Shown: piece after piece, positions 8,870-18,402 of the stretch
Numbering within the stretch: position 1 is the first letter of the stretch
How the letters are laid out: the number at the start of each line of letters is the position of its first letter
From: an uncultured bacterium
GTDB taxonomy: Bacteria > UBP6 > UBA1177
Direction: 5' to 3'
Assembly: GCA_947305505.1 (NCBI GenBank)
Contig: CAMZDX010000001.1
Coordinates: 22,621 to 86,620 of the forward strand
DNA length: 64,000 nt
The notes under the pieces: model-generated
Told to the model about the DNA's origin: nothing
The model's database searches: none
What the model saw: the letters and a program-made list of their open reading frames with translations, nothing else
Program-made: the position numbers and the translations under genes

Positions 8870-9730
8870 ATGAAAGTTTTACATGAAATAAGCGAAGTCA
8901 GAGATGCAAGAAAGCAGTGCAAATCGACTTTAGGCCTTGTTCCCACGATGGGTGCGCTCCACGAAGGGCACCTCACCCTTATCAGAAAAAGTGTTGAAAA
9001 ATGCAGTCAGACCATCGTTTCGATTTTTGTAAACCCGACTCAGTTCGGTCCGAACGAAGATTACGAGAAGTATCCGAGAACTGTCGAAGAAGATCTTAAG
9101 AAATGCGAAGCGGCCGGTGCGGATTACGTTTTCCTGCCGACGAATCAGGTGATTTACGGCACTGAAAAACCGCTTGTCACGCTGAATGTCGACAAAGAGA
9201 TGACTTCGATCCTCTGCGGAAAAAGCAGACCGATCCACTTCAACGGCGTCGCACAGATAGTTTCGATCCTTTTCAACATTGCACAGCCAGATGTCGCGTT
9301 TTTCGGCGAAAAGGATTACCAGCAGCTTACAATCATCCGCAAAATGGTTGCAGACCTTCATTTCCCGCTTGAAATCGTCGGCGTTCCGACAGTCCGCGAA
9401 GAGAGCGGTCTTGCAAGAAGTTCGAGAAACCGCTACCTCTCCGAAGCTGAACTCGCTGTTGCGCCGAATATTTATAAAGTTATGAACATTATTAAAGAAA
9501 AAGCAAATTCACTTCATGCTAAAAATGAGACTGTTCCGGTCGAGACTCTTGAAAACGAAGCTAAAAAAATGATTTCGGAACTTGTTCCGGGATCGAAAAT
9601 CGACTACTTCGAGATCCGCAGCACGAATGATCTCAAAAGAAGTGAAAATCTTGCAGCAGATTCACGCATTTTTACGGCGGTTTATGTAGGAACGACAAGG
9701 CTCATCGACAACCTTTACATTGGAAAATAG
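8870..9730 (+). CDS. panC: Pantoate--beta-alanine ligase
   Basis: MKVLHEISEV...LGLVPTMGALHEGHLTLIRKS... is the classical PanC N-terminus with the HxGH motif. Start refined to ATG 8870; the track ORF begins at TTG 8819. Confidence 0.9.
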   Translation: MKVLHEISEVRDARKQCKSTLGLVPTMGALHEGHLTLIRKSVEKCSQTIVSIFVNPTQFGPNEDYEKYPRTVEEDLKKCEAAGADYVFLPTNQVIYGTEKPLVTLNVDKEMTSILCGKSRPIHFNGVAQIVSILFNIAQPDVAFFGEKDYQQLTIIRKMVADLHFPLEIVGVPTVREESGLARSSRNRYLSEAELAVAPNIYKVMNIIKEKANSLHAKNETVPVETLENEAKKMISELVPGSKIDYFEIRSTNDLKRSENLAADSRIFTAVYVGTTRLIDNLYIGK

Positions 9731-9743
9731 AAAAGATCAGAAA

Positions 9744-10277
9744 ATGAAATACCTTCTTTCCCTAGGCTCCAACACCGGCGATTCGATGGAAAACCTGAAA
9801 ACGGCAATTACTAAACTCGAAGAAAAGTCGATTTTTGTAGAAGACTGCTCGAGCGTCTACTCTTCAAATCCCGTCGATTACCTTGAGCAGAACGACTTTC
9901 TCAATATGTCGCTCATTGTCGAAACCGCCTGCAGACCGCAGCAGCTCCTGAGTGAACTGCAGAATATCGAGCGCGAAATGGGAAGAGTCAAAACGATCGA
10001 AAAAGGACCGAGAAACATTGATCTGGATATAATTTTCTGGGAAAACGGAAGTTTTGAATCGTCAAACCTTACGATCCCTCACAAAGAGGCCGAAAACAGG
10101 CTTTTTGTGATATTTCCGACACTTGAAATCATCGGAAGCGCAGGTTGTTTCGGCAGCGAAAAGGCGCGTCTGGATCACATTCTTGAAACCGAGCAGGAGC
10201 GTTTCACGGGACAGAAAATAGAAAAACTGTGTCCTTTCAAAATAGAAGGAGAAGACTATGGCTGGGAAAATCGTTGA
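9744..10277 (+). CDS. folK: 2-amino-4-hydroxy-6-hydroxymethyldihydropteridine pyrophosphokinase (HPPK)
   Basis: MKYLLSLGSNTGD... start and a GPRNIDLDIIFWEN motif typical of FolK. Start refined to ATG 9744. Confidence 0.8.
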   Translation: MKYLLSLGSNTGDSMENLKTAITKLEEKSIFVEDCSSVYSSNPVDYLEQNDFLNMSLIVETACRPQQLLSELQNIEREMGRVKTIEKGPRNIDLDIIFWENGSFESSNLTIPHKEAENRLFVIFPTLEIIGSAGCFGSEKARLDHILETEQERFTGQKIEKLCPFKIEGEDYGWENR

Positions 10278-10560
10278 CAAATTTCTCGAAAAAGTGCCGT
10301 TCTCGAACGAGATCATCGATGCGGTGAACAAAAATTTCGACCTAACCTTCACGAAACAGCTTGCGGCCGAAATATCGCACCAGCTTCTCGAGCAGGGAAG
10401 CAAACTCAAAAACGAGATAACGAATGCCGTTTCGGAACAGATCCGCAGGGAAATCAGAGAACAGATCGACAAAACCGACAAGGCTAAACTGCTTGCCGAA
10501 ACGCTAGAAAATCTTGAAATAACGATCTCTTTCAAGCCGAAAAAACGGAGCAGAAAATGA
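10258..10560 (+). CDS. Small hypothetical protein (100 aa, helical, K/E-rich)
   Basis: ORF overlaps the folK end by 20 nt and the der start by 4 nt (ATGA), suggesting translational coupling. No motif recognised. Confidence 0.4.
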   Translation: MAGKIVDKFLEKVPFSNEIIDAVNKNFDLTFTKQLAAEISHQLLEQGSKLKNEITNAVSEQIRREIREQIDKTDKAKLLAETLENLEITISFKPKKRSRK

Positions 10561-11927
10561 GTAAAATCATCAACAACGTCAAGCCGCTGATTGCGATAAT
10601 AGGCCGCCCGAATGTCGGCAAATCGACACTTTTCAACAAAATCCTGAACAAAAATTCGGCGATTGTCGACGATATGCCGGGCGTGACACGCGATCTCAAC
10701 TATCAGGATCTGATCTATGACGACAAACCTTTCACGATAATCGATACCGGCGGATTTCACATTGACGAAGACGAGACCGATGCGATAACAAAAGGGATCA
10801 GAGAACAGATAAACGAAGTCCTCGACGAAGTTGACGGCGTTATAATGCTCTGCGACGGCGAGACAGGACTTACGGGAAGCGACCGCGAAATTTATCACCT
10901 GATCCGAGTAAAAGGACTTCGTTCGTGGCTCGCAGTTTCTAAAATCGATTCCGAAAACAAGGAGATCGCATCGGCTGAATTTTACGAAACGGGCGCAGAT
11001 ATGGTCTATCCCGTCTCGGGAAAAACGGGCTACGGTGTTTTCGATCTGCTTGACGACATGACGAAAGATTTCTGGACTGAAAAAGAGATAAACGAAAAGT
11101 TGCCGCCCGCTCCCGAAGAGATAAAAATCGCGATTTTCGGCCGTCCGAATGTCGGAAAATCAACTCTCGTCAACAAAATAATCGGTCAGGATAAAATGCT
11201 CGTGAGCCCGATTCCCGGAACCACGATGGATCCGATAGATTCGACCGCAAAATACATGGGCAAAACGCTGCGCCTCATCGACACGGCGGGAATACGCAGA
11301 AAGAAAAAAATCGAAATGCTCATGGAAAAGGCGGCGATCGTCCGTGCGTTCCACTCGGTTGACCGCTCTGACATCGTAATTTTCATGATGGATGCGCAGG
11401 AACTCGCGACCGATCAGGATCTCCGCATTTTAGGACTTGCCCACGACAAGGGAAAAGGAATAATCATCGTCATAAACAAGTGGGATCTTATCGAAAAAGA
11501 GACGGGAACTTACGAAAAAATCGTTCAGGATCTGCGCGACAGGATAAAATTTGCGCCGTATGCGCCGATAATTTCGATTTCGGCAATGCAGGGAATGCGC
11601 GTGCAGAAACTGCTTGAAAAAGTAATGTCAGTGCATGAAAACTATCAGAAAATGATTGACGACGACACTTTGGAAGAGTGGCTTTCAAACGTTCTTTCAA
11701 AAAATCCGCCGCCTCTTACCCGCAAAAACAAAATGATCCACTTCAACGGGATCACGATGGAGCAGACTTCGCCGCTGACAGTCGTAATCAAGGTGAGCGC
11801 GCCGAACGACATCCATTTTTCCTACGACAGATACCTGCTCAACAAATTTTACGAAGCCTTTCCGTACGAAGGGGTTCCGGTGAAAATCGTTTACAGACAC
11901 AGCTTTAAAAAGCCGAAAAAGGGGTAA
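10557..11927 (+). CDS. der: Ribosome biogenesis GTPase Der (EngA)
   Basis: Two tandem GTPase domains, each with a GRPNVGKSTL P-loop, DTAG and NKxD motifs, followed by a KH-like C-terminal domain. Confidence 0.9.
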   Translation: MSKIINNVKPLIAIIGRPNVGKSTLFNKILNKNSAIVDDMPGVTRDLNYQDLIYDDKPFTIIDTGGFHIDEDETDAITKGIREQINEVLDEVDGVIMLCDGETGLTGSDREIYHLIRVKGLRSWLAVSKIDSENKEIASAEFYETGADMVYPVSGKTGYGVFDLLDDMTKDFWTEKEINEKLPPAPEEIKIAIFGRPNVGKSTLVNKIIGQDKMLVSPIPGTTMDPIDSTAKYMGKTLRLIDTAGIRRKKKIEMLMEKAAIVRAFHSVDRSDIVIFMMDAQELATDQDLRILGLAHDKGKGIIIVINKWDLIEKETGTYEKIVQDLRDRIKFAPYAPIISISAMQGMRVQKLLEKVMSVHENYQKMIDDDTLEEWLSNVLSKNPPPLTRKNKMIHFNGITMEQTSPLTVVIKVSAPNDIHFSYDRYLLNKFYEAFPYEGVPVKIVYRHSFKKPKKG

Positions 11928-11929
11928 GC

Positions 11930-12961
11930 ATGAAAAAAATCATATTGACGGTTTTTGTTGTCGCAATAGCAGTCGCGCTTTTCAAATGTTATTCGGTCTA
12001 CAGCGGATATCAGGCTTTCAAAACGACGAAAATCGAAGTTCCGGACAAAACGACTGTCGTAATCGAAAAAGGGAACTCATGGAACAGCGCGGCAAAAAAA
12101 CTTGCCGAAGCCAAAGTAATTACAGACGCAAAACAGTTCATGTGGATGATAAAAGAGAAGGATTTCGGCAAGTCACTCAAAACAGGAGAATTTGAATTTT
12201 CTGGCAAAATAAATCCTGAGGAAGCCGCAAAAAAAATAATGAGCGGCAAAGTAAAACTCTACTCTTTCACGATTCCCGAAGGCTACAATAAATATGATGC
12301 AGCCGCAGTTTTCAAAAGCCTCGACTGGATAAACGGAAGTGACAAATTTCTTGAAGTGTGCCACGATAAAAACTTTCTCAATTCAATCGGAGCAAAAGGC
12401 AAAACAAGCTGTGAAGGGCTTCTCTTTCCATCGACGTACAGCTTTCCGAGAGGCAGCGACATCATCGCGGTCATGAAAAAAATGGCCGAGCAGATGAAAA
12501 ACACTCTTGCAAAATATCAGGCCGACATCGAAAAATCGGGAATGGACGCATATGACCTGCTCAAACTCGCTTCGATCGTCGAAAAAGAGACAGGCGCTAA
12601 AGACGAACAGCCCAAAATAGCCTCTGTTTTTCTCAACAGAAAAAAAATCGGCATGAAAATGCAGACCGACCCTTCAGTTATTTACGGGCTTCTGCCGAAA
12701 TTCAACGGAAACATCACGAAAAAAGATTTAATGACCGATCATCCGTGGAACACCTACACCCGCTACGGATTTCCGGCTACTCCGCTCTGTTTTCCAGGCG
12801 ACGGCGCAATAAAAAGTGTTCTTCACCCCGATGATACTAAATATCTCTACTTCGTTGCGACAGGAAAAGGCTATCACTATTTTTCAAAGACGCTCAAAGA
12901 GCACAACGCGGCTGTAGAACACTATCAGGTCCAGGGCAGACGCGACAAATTCGTATATTAA
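11930..12961 (+). CDS. mltG: Endolytic murein transglycosylase MltG (YceG family)
   Basis: N-terminal TM anchor, ...FTIPEGYN... and ...LPKFNGNITKKDL...NTYTRYGFPATP... motifs of the YceG/MltG family. Confidence 0.8.
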   Translation: MKKIILTVFVVAIAVALFKCYSVYSGYQAFKTTKIEVPDKTTVVIEKGNSWNSAAKKLAEAKVITDAKQFMWMIKEKDFGKSLKTGEFEFSGKINPEEAAKKIMSGKVKLYSFTIPEGYNKYDAAAVFKSLDWINGSDKFLEVCHDKNFLNSIGAKGKTSCEGLLFPSTYSFPRGSDIIAVMKKMAEQMKNTLAKYQADIEKSGMDAYDLLKLASIVEKETGAKDEQPKIASVFLNRKKIGMKMQTDPSVIYGLLPKFNGNITKKDLMTDHPWNTYTRYGFPATPLCFPGDGAIKSVLHPDDTKYLYFVATGKGYHYFSKTLKEHNAAVEHYQVQGRRDKFVY

Positions 12962-12975
12962 AATCAAAAACGTAG

Positions 12976-12995
12976 AGACATTTCCTGAAACGTCT
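12976..12995. terminator. Imperfect hairpin (AGACaTTTC-ctg-GAAAcGTCT) between convergent mltG and kinase genes; candidate bidirectional terminator
   Basis: Inverted repeat seen in the sequence. A T-rich tract follows on the minus-strand reading and an A-rich tract on the plus strand. Confidence 0.3.
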
Positions 12996-13016
12996 AAAAC
13001 AAATCAAACGGAATTA

Positions 13017-14936
13017 TTAGTCGAATTTTTCGATCAGTCTTTTTGTTTCGCCTGCTTCAAGCTCGACAGGGATTGTTTTATCGATCTTCGCTTTAGGATT
13101 TTTGAACTGGATTTTGTAACTTCCGGCTGGAAGTGCATATTTTGATATCGGAGTCGCACCGATAAGTTTGCCGTTGATATAGATATTAGCCCACGGCATA
13201 CTGTTGATCGTAAGGTAAGCAGGTTCTCCCGATTCCATGACCGTTCTGGAGGAAGAAGCGTCCGATTTTCTCGACTTTGACTGAGCAGGTGCGTTTTTCA
13301 TCGGCTTCAAAATTACGCTGACCTCTTTGTTCATATTGGCCGGAACTTTGCCGATATTCTCTTCATAAGGGAAGTATCCGCGTTTTTCGACTCTGACCAC
13401 GATATCGAGACCTACCGGAATATCGTTTACGATTGTCGGAGTCGCCGCCTGGACCTTTTTGTCGTTGATATAGAGGACTGCTCCGTCAGGATCAGATTTG
13501 ACCGTTATCATCGTCTTCTGCTCGCCGATGCGGTACATTTTTACAAATTTTTCAAGAGGCTCGCCCTTGCTTAGGAAAATGCTCTCCTTAACATCGACGA
13601 AACCGCTTTTCGAGAACGAAATTTCATGCTGACCTGCAAGAAGACCGTCGATAACACACGGAGTCTCGCAGCGCTTCTGATACATCGTATTTTCGTCAAC
13701 AATAACGATCGTCTTTTTTTCATTCGAATCAACAACGAGAGAAGCCGCATCTTTTTTGCTTCCGCCCAAAACAAGAAGCAGAGCGACCGCAAAACCCAAG
13801 GCTACAAGGACTGCCGCAAAAATAAGCACCAGCTTTTTCGGTGAAGAACCTGCAGTATGAATGGCTGATCCTTCATCGTCTCCCGACGGTACATTGCTGC
13901 TGACCGGCTGTGCGGAAGACTCTCTGAGCGGCATATCGACAGGTTTTTTGATTTTCTGGTATTCTTCAAGTTTCGCAGTTTCTTCTTCAAGTTCGTCTGC
14001 GAAAAACTCGCTCATGAAATTCATCATATCCTGACGGGAGAAATTTTTTCCGCTGGAATAACTGAATTTTTTGAGATCTTCCGAGAACTCGCTCGCCCAC
14101 TGATAACGGTCTTCCCTGTCTTTTGCAAGTGCTTTCAGAACGATCCTGTCGAGTTCCGGCGGCACCGCGCTGTTGAAAACGCTGGGCGGCAGGACTTCAG
14201 CCTTTCTTATTTTTTCAAGCGTTTCGACATCGTTTTTGCCGAGGAAAAGACGCTTTCCGGTAAGCATTTCAAAGAAAACGACACCGAGCGAGAAAATATC
14301 GCTCCTCCTGTCTATCGGCTGACCGCTGACCTGCTCTGGCGACATATAGCTGAACTTTCCTTTGAGCATTCCGACCTGCGTTTTAGTCGATTTGCTCTTT
14401 GCCTTCGCAATACCGAAATCGATGAGTTTTACCGTGCCTTCGTAGGAAACGATCATGTTCTGCGGAGAAATATCGCGGTGAACGATATTGAGCGGATTCA
14501 TTTTTTCGTCCGTTTTGCGGTGCGCGTAGTCAAGACCGTCACAAACCTGCGAAATGATGTATGCGCTCTGCTCGACCGGCATAAGAAGATCGACTCTTTT
14601 CAGTCTTTTCCGAATGGTTTTGATGTCTTTGCCGTTGATAAGTTCCATAGCGATGAAGTAGGAACCGTCGATTTTTCCGAGTTCGAAAATCTGAACGACA
14701 TTCGGATGCTGAAGTTTTACCGCGATTTTCGCCTCATCGACGAACATTTTGATAAATTCAGCATCTTCGGCAACTTCGGGAAGAATCCTTTTTATGGCGA
14801 CGATCTTCTCAAAACCTTCGACTCCGAACATCTTGGCCTTGAAGACTTCGGCCATACCGCCGACGTTTATCAATTCCAAAAGATAGTATTTACCGAATAA
14901 TCTTGGTAACTTATAAGTTGAATTATTTTCTTCCAT
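13017..14936 (-). CDS. Hanks-type Ser/Thr protein kinase with TM segment and C-terminal PEGA-like domains
   Basis: Kinase subdomains are present (VAIKRI, HRDISPQN, DFGIAK, SPE). A TM helix FAAVLVALGFAVALLLVLG follows, then C-terminal repeats (VKSDPDGAVLYINDKKV; LTINSMPWANIYINGKLIG) of PEGA type. Start refined to ATG 14934-36 (MEENNSTYKLP...); the track start at 14972 is TTG. Confidence 0.8.
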   Translation of the reverse strand: MEENNSTYKLPRLFGKYYLLELINVGGMAEVFKAKMFGVEGFEKIVAIKRILPEVAEDAEFIKMFVDEAKIAVKLQHPNVVQIFELGKIDGSYFIAMELINGKDIKTIRKRLKRVDLLMPVEQSAYIISQVCDGLDYAHRKTDEKMNPLNIVHRDISPQNMIVSYEGTVKLIDFGIAKAKSKSTKTQVGMLKGKFSYMSPEQVSGQPIDRRSDIFSLGVVFFEMLTGKRLFLGKNDVETLEKIRKAEVLPPSVFNSAVPPELDRIVLKALAKDREDRYQWASEFSEDLKKFSYSSGKNFSRQDMMNFMSEFFADELEEETAKLEEYQKIKKPVDMPLRESSAQPVSSNVPSGDDEGSAIHTAGSSPKKLVLIFAAVLVALGFAVALLLVLGGSKKDAASLVVDSNEKKTIVIVDENTMYQKRCETPCVIDGLLAGQHEISFSKSGFVDVKESIFLSKGEPLEKFVKMYRIGEQKTMITVKSDPDGAVLYINDKKVQAATPTIVNDIPVGLDIVVRVEKRGYFPYEENIGKVPANMNKEVSVILKPMKNAPAQSKSRKSDASSSRTVMESGEPAYLTINSMPWANIYINGKLIGATPISKYALPAGSYKIQFKNPKAKIDKTIPVELEAGETKRLIEKFD

Positions 14937-15011
14937 CGGAAATTCCCATAAACGATCAAAAAAAATTCTCAATATTTTAATTGTTGAATTGTATAAGTCA
15001 AATAAAAGCAG

Positions 15012-17012
15012 TTACTTCACGGAAACAGATTCTATAGGAAAAGTAATGTGAAAAACCGTGCCAGAAGGAGATGTATCCCACAAAACAATAGAGCCGCCCG
15101 AAAGTTTTACAATTTTTTCGCAGGTTGCAAGTCCAAGACCGTTTCCGTTCTTTTTCGTCGTGTAGAACGGTTCGAATATCGATTCTTTGTGTTCAGCGGG
15201 AATTCCGGGGCCGTTGTCAGACACTTCTATCAGCAGTTTTTTTCTCTTTTTTGCAACGGAAACCTTGATTCTGCCTACACGATCGACTTTTTCAAGTGCC
15301 TGCAGACTGTTGTTGACGAGGTTGACGAAAACGTTTTTCAGCACATCCCAGTCAAACATGAATTCTCTGCCTCCGGTCTGGTCGGTGAAGTTGACAGTGC
15401 GGTCGGCATAACTGAAAAACTGCTTCATTTCGGCAAAAAACGACCGGAAATTGTAAGGATACGGCGAAAGTTTGATGTTTCTTCCGTAAACGAGCATTTT
15501 TTCGATCGTTTCGTTGAGCCGCTTCAGCTCTTTAAGTGAAATATCAAGATATTCGGTATCGATCTCTTTTTTTCTGTCGATAGAATCCTTCACCACTTCG
15601 ATGTTGAACATTATCGAAGTCATCGGCGAGCGGAGTTCGTGCGCAACGAAGGAGAGCATTTTATCTACTTCCTTGAAATGTTTAAGCATTTCAATTTTTT
15701 TCTCCGTTTCTAAAACTGTAGTGAAAAGGGAGATTTTTTCGAATTTGTTAAGTACCATATCGACAAGATTGCTGATACAAAGCATTGCGTTGTGGGAGAC
15801 ATTTCTGGAATTTATGACGAAAAACCCCGAAAGCTCGTTGTGGTAAATGACCGGAATAAAAAGATCTCCGCCCGTTTTTTTGACGAAATCTTCGAGTGTC
15901 GGAGCTGATATCAGCACAAAATCCTTTGAAATATAGGTTTCATGCAGAAGGAACTGTTCGCTGAGCAGCGGCTGGAAATCATCGTTTCCCTCGTAAAGTT
16001 CGACCGGCATTTTGCTGCTCGGCCACAAAAGATCTTCAAGATAAACGTATTTTATCTGCTTTACTTCATGAAACCATTCACAGACACATTCGTAAAATTT
16101 GTCGAAAAGAAGCGGAGCCTCCGTTATGTCTTCAATTTCAAGACGGAACTTGTTCAGATACGCCTGATAGTAGTTTCTGCTTTTGTGTATGAAACTTTCG
16201 ACGGAAGACGAAAAATAAGAAATAGCGATTCCGATCAGCATAAAAAGCATGAAAAGGAGACAAAGCACGACTAGCGGAAAATTCTCGCTGTCGAAGATGC
16301 GTGTTACAAAAAATCTTAATGAAAACAGCAGATTAACTAAAAAAGATGTAATAAGGGAGAACAATATTATGAGCCAGAAATTTATCTTGTCCAGTCCGGT
16401 CGAAGATCTCTGGTTCATGTGAACGAAAACTCCGAAACAGAATACGAAAACCGCTGCAAGAACCATTATGGCGACGTTGAAATAGAGCGAATTGTAAAAC
16501 AGCACGGCAAATGCCGAAGCAGCCGGAACAAAAACCGAAAGGAGCGCCACTGCAGAAATATTAGCAAGAACAAATCTCTTTATATTTTTATTTAAGTATT
16601 TGATTTTCCTGAATATTATAGGAACATCAAGAACAAGTGCAGCCACCGGAAGAATGAAGTAAACAAGGTAAACTTTGGTTTTCATATAAACGAACAACGC
16701 TATCATAAAAAATACGGAAACGGCTATCGTCGTCATCCATATAACATTCGGCAGAACCGCATGAGGAAAGGAATAGATGTAAAGCGTCGAAAATATGACA
16801 AAACTTAAAAGCGCCATAAAAAAATAGATTTTTGAAAAGGGAAAGTAGACCGCTATAACAGATGAAAAAACAAAAACATTTGAAATCATTATAAAAAACA
16901 GCCAGAGATTCTGAGGCAATCCCCTGCCCTTTATCATAATGTGCCATCCCGTCGAGGATAAGGCTATCGCGAAAAAAATAACGAAATATAAAAAAGAAAT
17001 GGACTCAGACAT
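15012..17012 (-). CDS. Sensor histidine kinase, polytopic membrane N-terminal domain (7-10 TM) plus HisKA/HATPase_c
   Basis: H-box FVAHELRSPMTSI. N/G boxes VNLVNNSLQA, DNGPGIPAEHKESIFEPFYTTK, GNGLGLATCEKIV. The first ~270 aa are TM helices. Overlaps the response regulator gene by 8 nt. Confidence 0.8.
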   Translation of the reverse strand: MSESISFLYFVIFFAIALSSTGWHIMIKGRGLPQNLWLFFIMISNVFVFSSVIAVYFPFSKIYFFMALLSFVIFSTLYIYSFPHAVLPNVIWMTTIAVSVFFMIALFVYMKTKVYLVYFILPVAALVLDVPIIFRKIKYLNKNIKRFVLANISAVALLSVFVPAASAFAVLFYNSLYFNVAIMVLAAVFVFCFGVFVHMNQRSSTGLDKINFWLIILFSLITSFLVNLLFSLRFFVTRIFDSENFPLVVLCLLFMLFMLIGIAISYFSSSVESFIHKSRNYYQAYLNKFRLEIEDITEAPLLFDKFYECVCEWFHEVKQIKYVYLEDLLWPSSKMPVELYEGNDDFQPLLSEQFLLHETYISKDFVLISAPTLEDFVKKTGGDLFIPVIYHNELSGFFVINSRNVSHNAMLCISNLVDMVLNKFEKISLFTTVLETEKKIEMLKHFKEVDKMLSFVAHELRSPMTSIMFNIEVVKDSIDRKKEIDTEYLDISLKELKRLNETIEKMLVYGRNIKLSPYPYNFRSFFAEMKQFFSYADRTVNFTDQTGGREFMFDWDVLKNVFVNLVNNSLQALEKVDRVGRIKVSVAKKRKKLLIEVSDNGPGIPAEHKESIFEPFYTTKKNGNGLGLATCEKIVKLSGGSIVLWDTSPSGTVFHITFPIESVSVK

Positions 17013-18402
17013 CTTTGTGCAAACCGAACTCTTCTATTCTCTTATCCAGTGTCGGGCGCGTTATTCCAAGCAGTTCCGCCGTTTTTCCTTTGTGCCAGTT
17101 CGTTTGTTTAAGCACGAATTCTATATAATTTCTTTCGACATCGCGAAGAGGCGTCAGTTTTTCCGGCATAACTATCTCGTCAAGCGTATTGTGCTTTGCC
17201 TTTTGTTCCGTCTGCTCTTTTTTCTCGGGAACAAGAAATGAAAAACTGTCACGGGTCAGGATCTTGTCCTTCGCCTTTATCGAAGCGCGCTGGATCGTGT
17301 TTTCAAGTTCGCGGATATTGCCGGGCCACGTGTGCGATCTGAGATAGTCGACAGCTTCTTTCGTAATGCTCTGGATCGAAGTGTTCATAATAAAATTCGC
17401 CTTTTTTATAAAGTGCAGAATGAGCATTTCGAGATCGCTTATGTGGTTTCTGAGCGGCGGCACCGAAATCGTGATGACATTGAGACGGTAGAAAAGATCT
17501 TCGCGGAATTTCCCTTTTTCAACAAGTTCCTTCAGATTTTTGTTCGTAAGGGCGACTATTCGGCCGTTGAAGCGCTTTTTTTCAGTCGCACCGATCGGAT
17601 AGAAATCCTTTTCCTGAATGACGCGCAGAAGTTTCGTCTGAAATTCGTACGGCATTTCGGAAATCTCGTCTAGAACGAGCGTTCCCCCTTTCACAGCTTC
17701 AAGTTTGCCTTCGCGGTTTGCATTCGCGCCGGTAAAAGCACCTTTGACGTATCCCATGAGTTCGCTTTCGATAAGGTTTTCCGGCACTGCGGCGCAGTTT
17801 ATCGCAATAAAAGGCTCTTCCGGCACAGTGTTTTCGTGGATCGCTTTCGCAACCATCTCCTTTCCCGTTCCGCTTTCGCCCGTCACAAGAATTGTCGCCT
17901 TGTTCCCTTTTAAAGAACTTATCGTTTTGTAGATATCTATCATCAGCGGATCTCTGCCGATTATAGTATCTTTAAACGGCGTGTTGTCTGGTTCGATAAA
18001 GTATGCGACGCGCTCCTTCAAAGTGAGCGTTTCGAGGGCGCACTCGACTGTCGAGCGGAGTTTTTCAAGAGGAACAGGCTTCGACAAAAATTCGTAAGCG
18101 CCTAAATTCATAGCCCTGACCGCCGCATCCAAATCGCCGTATGCCGTCAGCATTATGATTAAGGGAACATCTTTTTTATCAAATGTTTTATTCAGATCTG
18201 CAAGCAGATCCAAGCCCGATTTCACCGGCATGTTTATGTCAAGCAGAACAAGGTCGGGGCGTTCCTTTTCTATCATGATATAGCCGGCACGCCCGTCGTC
18301 CGCGGTAAAAACAGTGTAGCCTTCAGACTCAAGATACTTCTGATAGCTCCGCAGAATTGAAAGATCGTCGTCAACTATGAGTATTTTCCATTTGTTTTTC
18401 AT
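17005..18402 (-). CDS. Sigma-54-dependent response regulator (NtrC/Fis family: REC-AAA+-HTH)
   Basis: REC domain (ILIVDDDLSILRS...D56-like LVLLDINMP). Sigma54 AAA+ motifs (GESGTGKE; GAFTGA; ESELMGY). C-terminal Fis-type HTH. RBS GGAGG. Confidence 0.85.
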   Translation of the reverse strand: MKNKWKILIVDDDLSILRSYQKYLESEGYTVFTADDGRAGYIMIEKERPDLVLLDINMPVKSGLDLLADLNKTFDKKDVPLIIMLTAYGDLDAAVRAMNLGAYEFLSKPVPLEKLRSTVECALETLTLKERVAYFIEPDNTPFKDTIIGRDPLMIDIYKTISSLKGNKATILVTGESGTGKEMVAKAIHENTVPEEPFIAINCAAVPENLIESELMGYVKGAFTGANANREGKLEAVKGGTLVLDEISEMPYEFQTKLLRVIQEKDFYPIGATEKKRFNGRIVALTNKNLKELVEKGKFREDLFYRLNVITISVPPLRNHISDLEMLILHFIKKANFIMNTSIQSITKEAVDYLRSHTWPGNIRELENTIQRASIKAKDKILTRDSFSFLVPEKKEQTEQKAKHNTLDEIVMPEKLTPLRDVERNYIEFVLKQTNWHKGKTAELLGITRPTLDKRIEEFGLHKDV